Source of the DNA: the human T2T-CHM13v2.0 reference genome, Homo sapiens
Reading direction: 5' to 3' (one strand)
Length of the DNA: 64,000 nt
Assembly (NCBI RefSeq): GCF_009914755.1
Contig: NC_060939.1
Made by a program: the position numbers and the translations under genes. Position 1 is the stretch's first letter, and every line of letters begins with the position of its first letter. Shown one piece after another: positions 12,101 through 25,017 of the stretch. The notes beneath the pieces are model-generated. The model had not been told where the DNA came from. It saw nothing but the letters and a program-made list of their open reading frames with translations, and did no database searches.

Positions 12101-15100
12101 AGATGAAAAAACATGGAGTGTTTGAGGTTAAGTGCTTGCCTAAGATCACTTAGGCAGAGCTAGGATTTGAACACCCAGGTCTATCAGATTCTCTAAGCCC
12201 ATTTTTCTGCTGGGGGTGGGGGCACGGTTAGGAAGGGGAAAATTAATCTTTTGTTCACTTTTTGAAAAGATGATACATTCACATAGTCCAAAACTCGGAA
12301 GGTATCAAAGGGAAGTATCTCCCAGCCACCCTGCTGCTCTCTCCTGAGTTGTTTACGAACACTTGCAGACATGTTTTATGTATATTATCATACTATGTAC
12401 ACACACACACACACACACACGTTTCCTCTCTCTACAGAAATGGGAACATACTAAAGGTACCCTTCTGTACCTTCACAGTACAAGTACCCAATACCCCACA
12501 CCCCACCTAGGACTTGGCCAAGACCACAGCCAGGTAAGGGCAGGGCAGGCACTTGGCCTCCAAGCTCTGCATCCAGTGCTCGCTCCCCACCGCGCCCCCC
12601 AACTCACCCACAGCAGCTGACTCAGCCTCAGGCTGCCTCTAACAACCATACACAAAAGCAGTGAGAAATGGCCATGCTGCCTTCTGGGCAGGACACTCCA
12701 TCCTGCAGAAGGGACCTTTAGGCTCACTCCTCCATCTGTGAAGCCGGGCTCCCAGGGGACAGGGCAGGTGACTGGACTCACCCCATCCGGCTTCTTCTTC
12801 TGTGTGGCGGCGACAGCACAGAGAGACCACTCTAACTCTCCTATACGCTGCGATGAACGTTGCAGGCGGCCGGCCAGATCCTTGGACTCTTCTGTAATGA
12901 CAGAGTTGACATGGGGCTCAAAGGACTCCGCCTTACAGACCTGTCAAAGTGCCAGGTTGAAGGATGACAGGGTGCCCAGATTCCCACCTTCAAAGTATCT
13001 GAGAGAATGTTTCATGTGATACAGGTCCGTATTTAGTTTCTTTTTCTCTGTGTTCAATCTCTGGATTTGACCCTTTGGGAGAAAAGCCAAGCAAGTGCTG
13101 AAATAGAAGGAAAGAAACATTCTCCGGAGGACAGGAGGAAACTTCACACCCTCCACTCACCTCTAGCTCCCTTTCAGCTTTCTGTTTCTCATTGTTTGCT
13201 TTCTTTTCCTATAGGAAGAGGAAGACAGAGCTCTTACCAGGGGGAGGCAGAGAAGGCACAGCAAGAGATATGCCCCCAGAATGCCACCAATGCCCCAGGA
13301 CAGGCCCACCCATGGGACCAGGTTATCAGGGACCCTGTGGGGATGGGGTGGAATCTGAGGGGTGAGCCTCCTTCCCCAGGCTGGGAGTGGGTGAGACGAG
13401 ACTGGGGCCTCTACATCTGAGTGTCCCCCAAACCCAGCAGTCATGTCGCCAGCAAACAAAGAAATCACGTTACTTCTTCCAGCTGATGTTCCACTTGTTT
13501 CTTCTGTTGTTTCTGTGGGGAGAGTCAAATTAAAGTGATGGAGGGTGGCCCCCTCAACTCTATTCCCCAGACAGGAAGCGGCAGGCAGGGGCCAGGAATG
13601 GATTTTAAAGGCAAAGTTCTCAGACCCAATGGGAACAGGAACTGTTCCCAAGCTCCCAAGGACAGAGGATTTGGGTCTTTGTTGGTTTTCAGCCACAGCC
13701 TCACAACTCAAAGTCTGAATCAGGAATCTCTTGAGAGGACAGTAACATAAACCTCTAGAGATGGAGTTTGAGAAAGGCTCCCCCTTCTGCCAGCTTGTGA
13801 TTTAGAAAAGTGTGTTCATTCAATAGACATTTACTGAGCACGTACGGGCCAGGGATGGTTCTTCACAGCCGATATAGGATGGAAAAGAACAGACAAGAGC
13901 CCTTGGCCCTGAGCTTTCCATTCTAGGGGGCCTTTAAATCTCAGACTCTCAGAGCTAACACAGACCTTTGATACTCACTACCTCCTCTGGAAACACGAGC
14001 CCAAAAAGGAGAGGTGGCTTGTCCAGAATCAAAGAGCAAATTAGGGACTGAGTCATGGCAGAAATACGGGGCCCCTGACAACCAGTCAGGCCAGCACTTC
14101 CCCAAGAGGCAACAACCCCAGGGCGTGTGTAGCAAGGACTCGAGTAGGGGTGCCTGGAGAGGAGAGAGTCGGCAAAGAGGGCAGCAAAAGAAGAGCCATG
14201 CTGCATGCTCTGGGGTCCCGCCAGGTGAGGCCTGGGCGCCCCAGCTCCCTATCTGCCCTTGGCACCAGGGGCCCCCAGCCCCCTTCTTCAGGGCCCCAAG
14301 AGGAAACCGGAGCCCAGGATTGGCAGCGTGGAATCAGGGAACCCCACTGGACTCTTACCAAAGATTTGATGGTGTCATTCAGTCGACTGATTTTTATGGA
14401 CCTCGAGTTCAGGACTGCTGCTTGTTCTTGGCACGGGCTCTGACGCGCATGCAGAGAGGAGGAGGCGGAGGAGGACTTGGGGGAGAGGTAGAGAGAACGA
14501 TCATTAGGGCTGGGTTGTGTGTGGGCTGTCTCAGCTGGCAGAGGGGCACCCAGTCCCCGCTGCGGGAGGAGGTTGGAGGGCTGGCCTGCGGGGTCACTGC
14601 ACCTCCGCCCAGAGCCTCCTACCTCCAGATCCTTCAGGGTAGCAGATGATGTAGGGCCCTCCCCGTGGATACCTGTTGCTGACTATAAGAGATGAGACTG
14701 CACATGGAGATGTTCTGTCCCCCTCAGTGTCTGAGCCCTCCGACTTCCTTTCTTCCCCATCAACTGGCAACATTTTCTTTTCTGCCTATCTTGGACCCTT
14801 TGTCCCATAACTCCTTTGTGCCAACTTCTCTCACGGTTCTTATCTCCCCACCATCCCACCCTGGGGGCCTTGCAGTGACTCCTGATGGGAAGTGGCTGTT
14901 CTCATTGTCCTGGCTTCCCCTTGAGACTGGGGATGAGGAAAATCAAACAGCAAAGACCATATCCTGGGTGTCCTGGGTGTTGACAGCAGGCCATGTACTA
15001 GGGATTAACATAAAATCGACAATTATCAATCTCATTGAAACTTCACAAATACAAGTCAAACAATACCACCTCTATCATACAGACGTGAAAACAGAGGCCC

Positions 15101-17425
15101 AAAGAGCTCAAGCAACTTGCCCTAAATCATATCCCTAGCAGACGGAGAGGCAGGATTCAAACCCAGAATTCTTTTCTTTTTTGAAACGGAGTCTCTCTCT
15201 GCCTTCCAGGCTGGAGTGCAGTGGCGTGATCTTGGCTCACTGCAAGCTCCGCCTCCTAGGTTCACGCCATTCTCCTCCCTCAGACTCCGGAGCAGCTGGG
15301 ACTGCAGGCGCCCGCCACCACGCCCGGCTTTTTTTTTTGTATTTTTTAGTATTTCACCGTGTTTGCCTGGATGGTCTCGATCTCCTGACCTTGTGATCCA
15401 CCTGCCTCGGTCTCCCGAAGTGTGGGGATTACAGGCGTGAGCCACTGTGCCCGGCCAAATCCAGAATCCTTCACCAGTACCCAACAGTCCATCCACAATC
15501 TTAACGATTGCCCTCTACTGCTCCTTGGGCCCCCTGTCCCCAAAAGCCTGTCCAGGCAAGACTCACAGCTTCAGATGAGTGGCAACCACCAGAAGCGGCC
15601 GTCTCAGGGCTACTGCCATTTGCTTTCGTGTTCCTCTTCGCTGCTGCTGGAACACCAGGGCGGTTTCTCTGCCAATATTCTTTGAACTGTGGGAAAGAAG
15701 AGCAGTAATACTCATGAGAACTATCAGCCCCTACAGCCACATCCTCCTTTATAGTTTTTATAAAATACTCTTATATACCATCTGATTTAATGACACCAAC
15801 AACTCTATAAGGTGTCACAATCATTTAGGGACTGAGAGGGATCGACATCATGGCTAGAAAAAAAGAAAAAAGAAAAAAGCGATACTGGAACTTGGAAACT
15901 CAGTCTTCCCACTCTAAGCTCTGGGGTTTTGCCAGGCACCAAACCCAGAGGCAGAGGTAGAAAAGTAAACATTAAGTAGGCAGGAGCTGTATGTCATGTG
16001 GTTTAGAGTCGTACATCTTCACACGTCTGTTATTGGGAAGAAGTGCACCAGTACCTCTCAAACTTTTATATCAATGTGTCCTCATGGCAGAAGGCAGCCT
16101 TTCTGTGAAATCTGGGAATTTATCAGAAAGAGGACAACCCAAGCCTCATTTCAGAGAGAAGTCTGGTATACTCTTAGAAACCTATGGGACTGCCATCCCT
16201 AAGTACATTCATGTTTTTTCTCTTATCTCAAGATATCTCAAGAGAATCAAAGGAAACTGATGCTTCAGAAAGATGTCCCACATTTATCCTGTGGTACTCA
16301 AAGCACCCCAGCTTGAGATAATATGAGGAAGATTCAAACTGTCAAGTTCAGTCTCCCAAGATCTATTCCACAGAAGATGAGGAAATCTCACTTCAGAGAC
16401 CACTGACTGAAGGTCCCAGACTGAAGTCTGGTCCCAGAACCATGGAGAATTAGAATATGAGGTGGAGAACTCGGAAAAAAATGTTAAAATCTCTTTGGAA
16501 AGTAGAAGCTTGGGAGAAAAACCAAACCAAACCCATTCTCCCATCGCCACCCAGAGACACTGTCAACGTTTTGAGCTCACGGGGGAAGTGTAGGCTTTTC
16601 CCACTGTCAATGTCTATGGTAAGGGAGTAAGGCAGCCTGAAACCTCTTGCTCCCAGGTCCCATAGTCTCCATTTCCCTTCCAGCTGGAAATTTCTGCTGT
16701 GACCAGAAGAACCAGAAACGGGGTGACAACGTTTAGGGGACTGGGTCATAAGACCAGGGCCAGTCTTCCAGTAATGACAGTTAGTAGGCAGACTGTGACA
16801 TCACTACATTCCACTCCTCCTAGTGCGGGGGAGGGACCACATCAGCGCGATGTCCGAGTCTCCACTCCACAACGCGGGAGGGAAACACAGGGTTGTGACC
16901 CAGGTCCTTGGAGACGCCAGCACAAAGAGCTCAGGGAGGTCGACCTTGAGGCAGCAGGAGGGGAGGGCAGAGTCTGCAGCAGGGAGCCCCAGGAGTCACC
17001 AGCCCAAAGTCACCCAGGGACAACTGGCGAGGGCGGGGCCTGGGGCTGGGGGGCCCAGGTCCTTGGATATGCGAGCCCAAAGAGCCCAGGGAGGTCCAAC
17101 TTGGGGCGGCAAGAGGTGAGGGCCCAGTAATGGAGTGGGGCGCCCCAGGAGTCACCCGCCCAACGTCACCCCGGGGTGATCGGCGAGGGCAGGGACTGAG
17201 CTGTTTGCTGAAGGGGCAGGGCTGACTGACAAGACTTTTGTAGGGGGAGCCCAGAAGCGCCGGGGTTGGGGGGCAAAGTCCGGTGTGCGTCAGGAGTAGT
17301 ATGGACTGTGGCAGCGGTCTTGTCGTCGGAGGGGATCTGTGGCTGGGTTAGCGGGCCATGACCCGGTACGTCTTTACCTTTTTCTTGGCTGCAGCTAATT
17401 TACTCTGTCCAGTTTCTTCTGCCAT
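9147..17425 (-). CDS. GOLGA8A: Golgin subfamily A member 8 (golgin-67), GOLGA8A-like (GOLGA8B not excluded); intact spliced ORF of 603 aa (611 or 623 aa if the optional exon 14623-14682 is used)
   Basis: GT-AG exons traced with consistent phase: 17378-17425 ([16 protein letters not shown]), 15567-15686, [14623-14682], 14359-14475 (alt acceptor 14439), 13474-13512, 13161-13208, 12988-13072, 12782-12891, 11697-11783, 11482-11589, 11177-11264, 10533-10789, 10122-10265, 9887-9987, 9704-9804, 9437-9592, 9147-9349 (ends [16 protein letters not shown]). Sum without the optional exon is 1812 nt. Coiled-coil peptides match golgin-67. Confidence 0.9.
9805..9886 (-). ncRNA. MIR1233: miR-1233 mirtron precursor (82-nt intron)
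   Basis: The intron reads GTGAGTGGGAGGCCAGGGCACGGCA...TGAGCCCTGTCCTCCCGCAG; it contains recalled miR-1233-5p (AGUGGGAGGCCAGGGCACGGCA) and -3p (UGAGCCCUGUCCUCCCGCAG), and its ends base-pair. Confidence 0.9.
15172..15456 (-). mobile_element. AluY-like element in GOLGA8 intron 2
   Basis: Full Alu with AluY-type cactgcaagctccgcctcc/ttcacgccattc; imperfect TSD aaacccagaattc (15159-15171) / aaatccagaatcc (15457-15469). Confidence 0.9.
16980..17200. repeat. Diverged GC-rich direct repeat in GOLGA8 intron 1
   Basis: gccccaggagtcacc(a/c)gcccaa(a/c)gtcacc...ggcgagggc occurs at about 16985 and about 17142. Confidence 0.65.
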
Positions 17426-17499
17426 TGTGGGGTGGGGAGGGAGGCGGGGCTGGGGCCACGTCAGCCAAATCCCAGCGAGCGCTGATCAACACGTCCAGT

Positions 17500-17760
17500 C
17501 ACCTGGAAGACAGCTGCGTAACTGACCCAGAGGCAGCGTAACCAGGGCCACAGTAGAATGCAGAATAGGGGCGTGGCCTTAATGCTTCAAGCCCATTGGT
17601 CAACGAGAAAGATGACAGGGAAAGGGGGCGTGGCCAGGCGGCAGTGTGTCCAGAGGGACCTGTGGCTCATCAGGAAAGCTGCCCATGCAACCGCTGTCCC
17701 CACCCACTCTGAGAGAGGGGAGGGGCCGCCCGCTCTGGGAGAGTGGAGGGGCTGGCTTTT
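17500..17760 (-). promoter_or_regulatory. Proximal GOLGA promoter-like region, with a splice acceptor into the ATG exon
   Basis: Two GGGGCGTGGC Sp/KLF boxes (17568-17577, 17625-17634) flank a minus-strand CCAAT (17595-17599); minus-strand acceptor GCTGTCTTCCAG|GTGACTGG at 17503/17502. Confidence 0.55.
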
Positions 17761-18879
17761 GCTTTAAAACCCTTAAAACTTTAAAAATCATATGTGTGTA
17801 TACTTTATATATATGTGTGTGTCTCTCTGTGTGTATCCATGTGTTCCTCCAGAGCTGTCTTCATTAACCAGCTTCTATGCAAGGTCTGTCATTTTGGCCT
17901 ATATTTTTCATCTTCAAATACTGTATAAAAATTACCAGTATTACCTGAACTGAGATACAGATCCTATAAAAGTGGGAAATCCACAGCATGCTTGATGATT
18001 AATGAAGCAGACTATATTATCCAACATTCCAATGAGATAAAATAATCAAAATGATTTCTTTTTTGGAAAAATGTTTCTCTTATTCTCCTACATTGTTGCT
18101 GTTTTTTCTTTTTAAACAGGAAACATGGTTAATATCCGTAAAAACACAAAGCTTTTGGGCTGGGTGCGGTGGCTCACACCTGTAATCCCAGCACTTTGGG
18201 GAGCCCGAGTCTGGTGGATCACCTGAGGTCAGGTAGTGGAAGTGTGAGCCATCACACCCGGCCGGCTTCATTTCAGAACTCTTTCCCCAGCACTCCATAT
18301 ACTATGAATAATTCCTTTCTTCTTCTTTGGATAGCATTTTAGTCATATCTCTATTACCCCACTTGTCACATGATAATCAGTGGCTCACCCATCCATCTCC
18401 CTTGATTGCTCATGAGCTCCTTGAGAAGAGTCTGATTTTCAGCACCTTGAACAGTGTGCCACACATACATGCTTCATACGCAGAGAAGGAAATGATTTCA
18501 CTACAGTGTAATTATTCCCAGAATTCAATATCTGTATTTCTAAATTGTTCTAGATACTCTGCCAACAACCTGAGAATGTTATGTTTTTTCCCCAAAACTT
18601 CCATCCATTATTGTGTGTCTATGGTCATAGTTAACTCAATTGTGACGTCACCTTTGGACAAGCCCATTAACAGTTTCTTTTTTTTTAGGTGATTTTTAAT
18701 TTTAATTTTTGATTTTGATTGTTTCTTTTCTGTTTTTTAAATCTAGCAGTGTTTGGTAAACTTCAACATCTCTATATCCCCGTGTCTTTGCCCCGCTGGT
18801 CTCTGCTTGGAATAATGTCTCAAGGTTTTAGTCACCTGGAAAAAATTTCTACTCACCCTTAAAGAATCAGAAATAAATA

Positions 18880-19230
<351 letters not shown>

Positions 19231-20155
19231 CTATTCTTTCAGGAAGTGTTGAAAATTCCTCAACTTTTGAAACATTTGTGCCTCTATTACTGTGTATCAG
19301 GCAGTGAACTGAGTGCCCAGGATAGAAAGATGAAACTGTACATCCTGCCCTTACGGAGCTCATGGTCTAGTATGGAAAACAGCCATATGAACAAATAACC
19401 ACACTATAGGTCTTCAGAGCTCAAGTCCTATCCTAAATACTGTGAAATTAATGTTCTGTGAGGTTTTGAAAGTACTAGGGCCAGAGACAATATGGCTGCT
19501 TGGATGACTTTCCATCCAAGTTAACATTCGGCCCTCATCACAAAGGGAATACATGCGTGCATCTTCCTTGCAACCCACCAGTGCCTAACACATCATATCA
19601 CCACTTTTGAAATCAGGAAACAGGCTCAGAAGTCCAAGAGCTTGACCAAAGTAACTCAGCTGGTAGGTAGCAGAGCCAGGTCAGTATGATTCTTCTTCAA
19701 TATCCTGCCAGCCACATGGGCAAGTGGCCTCAAAATCAACAAAAGACAGGTAGAGGTTGACATGCATCAATGGAGAGAGGCTCAAAAGGAGGATTTTATA
19801 CACAAGAATAGAACAGAAATGTTCTGGAAGTATATCTGTGGATGTGAAGCAGGAGGGGGCACACCAGGTTTCACCTTGGTCAAGTGAATCTATAATTCCA
19901 ACCGGGGCCTCGCCGCCCCCCACCCCCCCGAGCTCCAGACTTAGCTATCTGTCTTTCTTACTCTAATATAAAATCCACAGGGCAGGACCTTAATCTCTAG
20001 CTTGTTCACACAGATTAAAGCAGAGTCTGGCTTATAATAAGGACTTAATAAATACATGAATGAATAAATAAACTATCAAAGAAGCTAAAGAAACATTCCA
20101 CATTCTTGCGGGAAGGGATTACCATGAAACAGACCCTAGCAGTCACTTACAAATA

Positions 20156-20698
20156 CAGTTGACCCTCATCATTGGAGTATCCCATATTTTCAAATTAGCT
20201 TACTTGCTAAAATGTCTAAGTCCCAAATTAATACTTGTGGCACTTTCAAGGTGGCTCCTGGATAGACATGCAGTAGTGAAAACTCTGTCACTCTTTGCAC
20301 ACGTCCCAAGCTAAGGTCAAACAGTGACCTTGGTCTGCTTGTTTCAACTCTCATACAAAGATGACCTGAGGACAGAGACAGTAGAGGACACTGCAGGGTA
20401 GCGCAAGAAGCTGTGGCTCTGGGGCCAGTTGGGCGGGGTCTGAATCATAACACTGGCACCTGTTAGTGGAGTGGCCTCAGACAAATCACTTACAATTCTG
20501 TACTTCCTTTATTCTTTTGGAAAGAAAGAAAATTCAATCTACCAGGATGAGTTGTTTTTAGGAATTAAGATGATAACCTATATGACATATGTATTTATGT
20601 ACATATTTACCCTGGAAACAAGGGTTTGCTATTTGATTAATTCAGTGTTCCAGGCAACTTTGTAGAATATTACTCCTGCAAATAGTAAGAATTGGCTG
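20156..20698. mobile_element. TcMar-Tigger DNA transposon relic (MER82-like)
   Basis: TA-flanked ends cagttgaccctcatcatt... and ...aatagtaagaattggctg resemble MER82 terminal inverted repeats. Confidence 0.55.
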
Positions 20699-22321
20699 TA
20701 ATTAAAGAAATAACAGAGATGTAGACAAAACAATTATTTGGGTGAGCTACAGGCAGCCTTCAAGAAGCTTCTGAAGAAACAGAACTTCAGCAGGCACTTA
20801 AGCTGTAGAAAAGGCTTGCAAGGAGATAGAACAGCACCTACAGAGAGAGGTCCAGGTGGGGTCAGGAAATGGCATTTCAGGAAGTCTAGAGCAGTAGAAG
20901 ATGAGGCCAGAACACGGCGCCACAGTGCTGCTCTGCACCCTCTATACACCCTGTACTGCAGAACCTCACTCTCTGCATTTAGTTCTTGGTTTCTAATTCT
21001 CTCTTCCATTAAACTGTGAGCCCCTCAAGGTCAAGGTCTCTAAGAAGAAACCATAGCTACAGTCCTCTAAATTTGAAAACAAGTTATTAAACACAGATAC
21101 ACCCAAGAAGACCGTACAAAAATAATGTTGGATTTCAATTGCAGTCATAGAAATTCACAACTGGTATACATTTGCAATCTGTCCAGGATTTTTCTCTGAT
21201 GACTGCCGTAACTCTGTCATAAACCCTTTTCATTATTTGAGACACCGAGACATTTGTTAGAATGTTTGGGAAAGACATTCTAAAAGGGCAAGAAAGACCT
21301 TGATCTTTTTTGTGTAACTGATTGACTGGTTGACTGACTGAGATGGGATCTCATTATGTAGCCCAGGCTGGTCTGAAACTCCTAGGTTCAAGCGATACTC
21401 CTGCCTCAGCCTCTCTAGTGGCTGAGATTACAGGCGCACGCCACCATGCTGGGCTCTAGTGTGATGTATTTACGAGGCTTAAACATATGGTTCATTACAC
21501 AAGGCTGGCACCTCAGAGTAAAGATTTTTTAAAGTTCACTCTAATAGACTTATTTCTCTATATGCAAGATACAATTTTACCACAGTAAAACACAAGGAAG
21601 CATACTGATATACATATATGTTACAACAGGATAAAAAAAAGCAATATAATTTTCTCCACAAAAGCTTGCAAAATCCTGGCCAAAACACAGTAAAGAGGAT
21701 GTTAATCTCACAGCTCACGTTTCTCCACTGAGACCCAGGAAAAACAATGCCAGTTTTTGTACAGTCACAAAACTAAGCACTGTGAGAATTTACAAGATTT
21801 GGTTAACTTGTATATTCTCCCCACCCTGACAGACAAGTCCCAAAGGAGCCTAGCAGTTTTACCCCAACATTTCAATCTCCTCCAACCTCCAAAATAAAAC
21901 CCTCACTGTCCAATATCTCAATTTATATTTTCAAACGTCTAAAATCTTAATCGAAACAAAGAGCAGTGCATTAGCTTTGCCGCCATAGAATGCTTGGTAT
22001 AATTTTACTTAGGCACATCACAGATTGTGCTATTGCCTAAAAACATATGGGTAGAACCAACATTCCTAGAAACCAAACGCATATATTACGAAGGTGAAAG
22101 GGAATAGGGAGTGTTGTTTTTAAACAGATAGAACGCTGTGATTGTCCACTCATAGGTTAGGTGTGATCAAATCACATCGTGCTGTACAGCTAAGTATGTC
22201 CTATATTGTATGACAAAGTAGGGTAACACATTATTTATTGAGGACCTGTTGGGTACACAGAGGCACACCACAAGCTGTAAAAGACTTCATTCTTGCCCTC
22301 AAGAAACTTCCAAGTTTCTAG

Positions 22322-22660
22322 ACAGCCTGATAGAAGGTAGTCGAAAGCAAATACTTCAAGCACTAGCCATCACAATTACCTTAGGTATTTACGCTACCCT
22401 TCTACGAGTCTCTGAATATTTCGAGGCCCCCTTTCCTATTTCCCATGGGCTCTATGGCTCAACATTCTTTACAGCCACAGGCTTTCCTGGACTTTACGTT
22501 ATTATTGAATCAACATTGCTCACTATCCGCCTCCTTTGCCAATTAAAATTCCACTTTACATCCAACCACCACTTTGGCTTTGAAGCCACTGCCTGATACT
22601 GACGCTCTGTCGATGTACAATGACTATTCTTACACGTCTCTGTCTACTGAGGAGGATCCT
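22322..22660 (+). pseudogene. NUMT: 3' part of mitochondrial COX3 (MT-CO3)
   Basis: Translates [54 protein letters not shown]...[15 protein letters not shown] and continues through TGA(Trp) codons to ...ggaggatcct, colinear with the COX3 C-terminus. Confidence 0.93.
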
Positions 22661-22722
22661 ACTCTTTTAACAGAAACAGTGCCATTGACTTCCAATCAAC
22701 TAGTTTCCATAATATCCAAAAT
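22661..22722 (+). pseudogene. NUMT: mitochondrial tRNA-Gly (TCC) pseudogene, 3'-truncated
   Basis: actcttttaacagaaacagtgccattgacttccaatcaactagtttc follows COX3 directly, as in vertebrate mtDNA gene order; anticodon TCC at 22691-22693. Confidence 0.85.
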
Positions 22723-23689
22723 ATTAGATAATATTCCATTATACTCCCAAAACAAATAATGAGTGATGTTCTCTCAAATACACGTATAATCAAATGTGAC
22801 ATTGAGAAGATGGGGCGACCTTTGACTCAGAGATTGTATTCAGGCCTTTGTAGATGCATTTATTTGACATAATTATGCATTTAAAGCATAAGTTAAATTG
22901 TCATCAGCCTGAAATTATAGGGGCTTTTGTTGGTGAGAAACCTATTTTATATATAATCGTTTACCCATAGAAATGTTTTTGATTAATGTTATCTGTTAAA
23001 GACTTCAGTTCACAATATTTCCCCTGTTAATACTATATATGTTTTTGGAGTTGATCTGGAGAATTTGAGGACCACGTTCTAATCGCTATCTGATGCTATT
23101 CTGGGAGGACAATTCATTGCCTTTGGGTTGCTGGGGGTTGGAACTTGAAGGCGGGTCTGAGTCTGGAGACCTTGCCACTGACTTTTGGAAAGTCTGTTGA
23201 TTCTACCTTTGGAAGTGCCTTTACATGCCTTATGGAAGGCCGGGCATGGTGGCTCACGCCTGTAATCCCAGCACCTCGGGATTATTGATGAATAAATCAA
23301 TTTGGGAAATGCTTGGTAAATTCAACGGGACCTCTCAGAACAATGAATTTATATGGCCACGATGTTGTTTTCTGGTTTGTTTGTTTTTTTGTTTTTGTTT
23401 TTTTTGCAAAGAGCATTCGGAAGACTTTCTAGTACACCAGTTTGGGAACTGTTGGTGGAGGAGTCAGGGTAATTAGGCTTTGGACTATTCCAGGTACAGG
23501 TTGTCACTGTATTCAAGGAATTGTTCTTAGTCTTTGTATATATCCGAATTAACTATAGCAAATTAACAAGCAGAAATATAAGAATTGGGCCTTGGAGGGA
23601 GGGAGAGGGCGAGAGAGAGGGGTAGATAGAAGTTTCCTATTTTAACTATGGTTCAATTCTAAGCATTCTAAAATTTCATTGGATTCTTT

Positions 23690-24400
23690 TAACTATGAAT
23701 TACAAGGGTGTTTAATTTCCAAGTTCATGAAGCCTTTGGTTAATCTCTTCATTATTAACTTCTAACCTTAACTGCTTCATATTTAAATTATCAATTTTAT
23801 GGTGTGGATTGTACCAATTGTTTTTCAATCTTCTGACGTGCTTAATGGATTAATACATAATTAATGTTTCTCCCACAGTCCACATATGCTTGAGAAGAAT
23901 ACAGAATATCTGATTATTGGGTACAGAGGTCTATATTTGTCCATTACATCACGTCCATTCACGGGTTATTCAAATCTATATATGGGCATTCTGTGTAACT
24001 TACTTATGGTAAGCAGGGTATGTTGAAATCTCCAAATACAATGGCAGACTCGTCAATTTCTCCCTGTGGTTTTATCAGTTTTTCCTCTGTATTTTGAGTC
24101 TATTTTGATAGGTACATAAAATATGAAAATTGCTACATCCTCCTAATTAACAGTCAGTTGGCATCAAGCTGTTACTAATGCTTTGTGTTCCAACATCCTA
24201 TCTTGTTTGAAACTGAAGCTCCATCAGTTGTTTTGGTTAATGTATACCGGCATATCTTTCTCTCTCTCTCTCCTTTATAAAAACTTTCAATCTTTTCACA
24301 TCCTCATAGTTTCAATAAGATGGATTAGAACAGCTGGATATCGTTTTATTAGTTCCATCTGTCTAACTGGTAACTTTAGTCCATTTACAGTTGTTGTGAC
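23690..24400 (-). mobile_element. Old L1 (L1M) fragment
   Basis: Diverged antisense L1 ORF2-type phrases (tgcttgagaagaat, tgttgaaatctccaa, ttagtccatttaca). Confidence 0.55.
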
Positions 24401-24699
24401 TCATTTATGTGGACTTCCTTCTGTCACCTTTAGAACTTCCATTTCTCTCACTTTCCAATATAATTTTAATATCTCCTCCTGGGATTCCACTAAGACGTAT
24501 TTTAGACCTCATTCTGATCTCCCTCTCCCCGCCAACCCCACCAACTTCTGCCCTGTCATTTATCCTCATATCTCTCTGTGTAACATATGGACTTACTTTT
24601 TGGAGATAATGGTCTAACCAATTAATCCTTTCTTCTGGTGTCTAATCCATCCACTCGGTTTCTTATTTCAACAATTCCATTTTATATTTCCTTATTTCA

Positions 24700-25017
24700 T
24701 TTTATTCTGAGACAGAGTCTCACTCTGTCACCCAGGCTGGACTGTAGTGGCACGAACCTGCAGCCCTGGCCTCCTGGGCTCAAGTGATCCTCCCACCTCA
24801 GCCTCCTGATTAGCTGGGAGTATAGGCAGGTAGGTGCCCCATACACAGCTTTTTTCTTCTTCTTCTTTTTTTTTTGGTGGTGGTGGGGTATTTTTTGGAG
24901 AAACGAGTTCTCACCATGCTGCCCAGGCTTGTCTCCAACTCCTGGGCTTATGCCATCCTCCCGCCTCAGCCTCTCAAAAAGTGCTGAGATTACAGGTGTG
25001 AGACACCATACCCAGCT
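24700..25017 (-). mobile_element. AluJ
   Basis: gagacagagtctcactctgtcacccaggctgg...gattacaggtgtgagacaccatacccagc. Confidence 0.9.

Noticed and set aside
10800-12400. RN7SL copy found in introns of some GOLGA8 paralogs
   Set aside because: No 7SL S-domain sequence seen in these introns.
22249-22596. 115-aa ORF as a nuclear COX3-like gene
   Set aside because: Begins in unrelated flank and stops at a mitochondrial TGA(Trp); a diverged NUMT.
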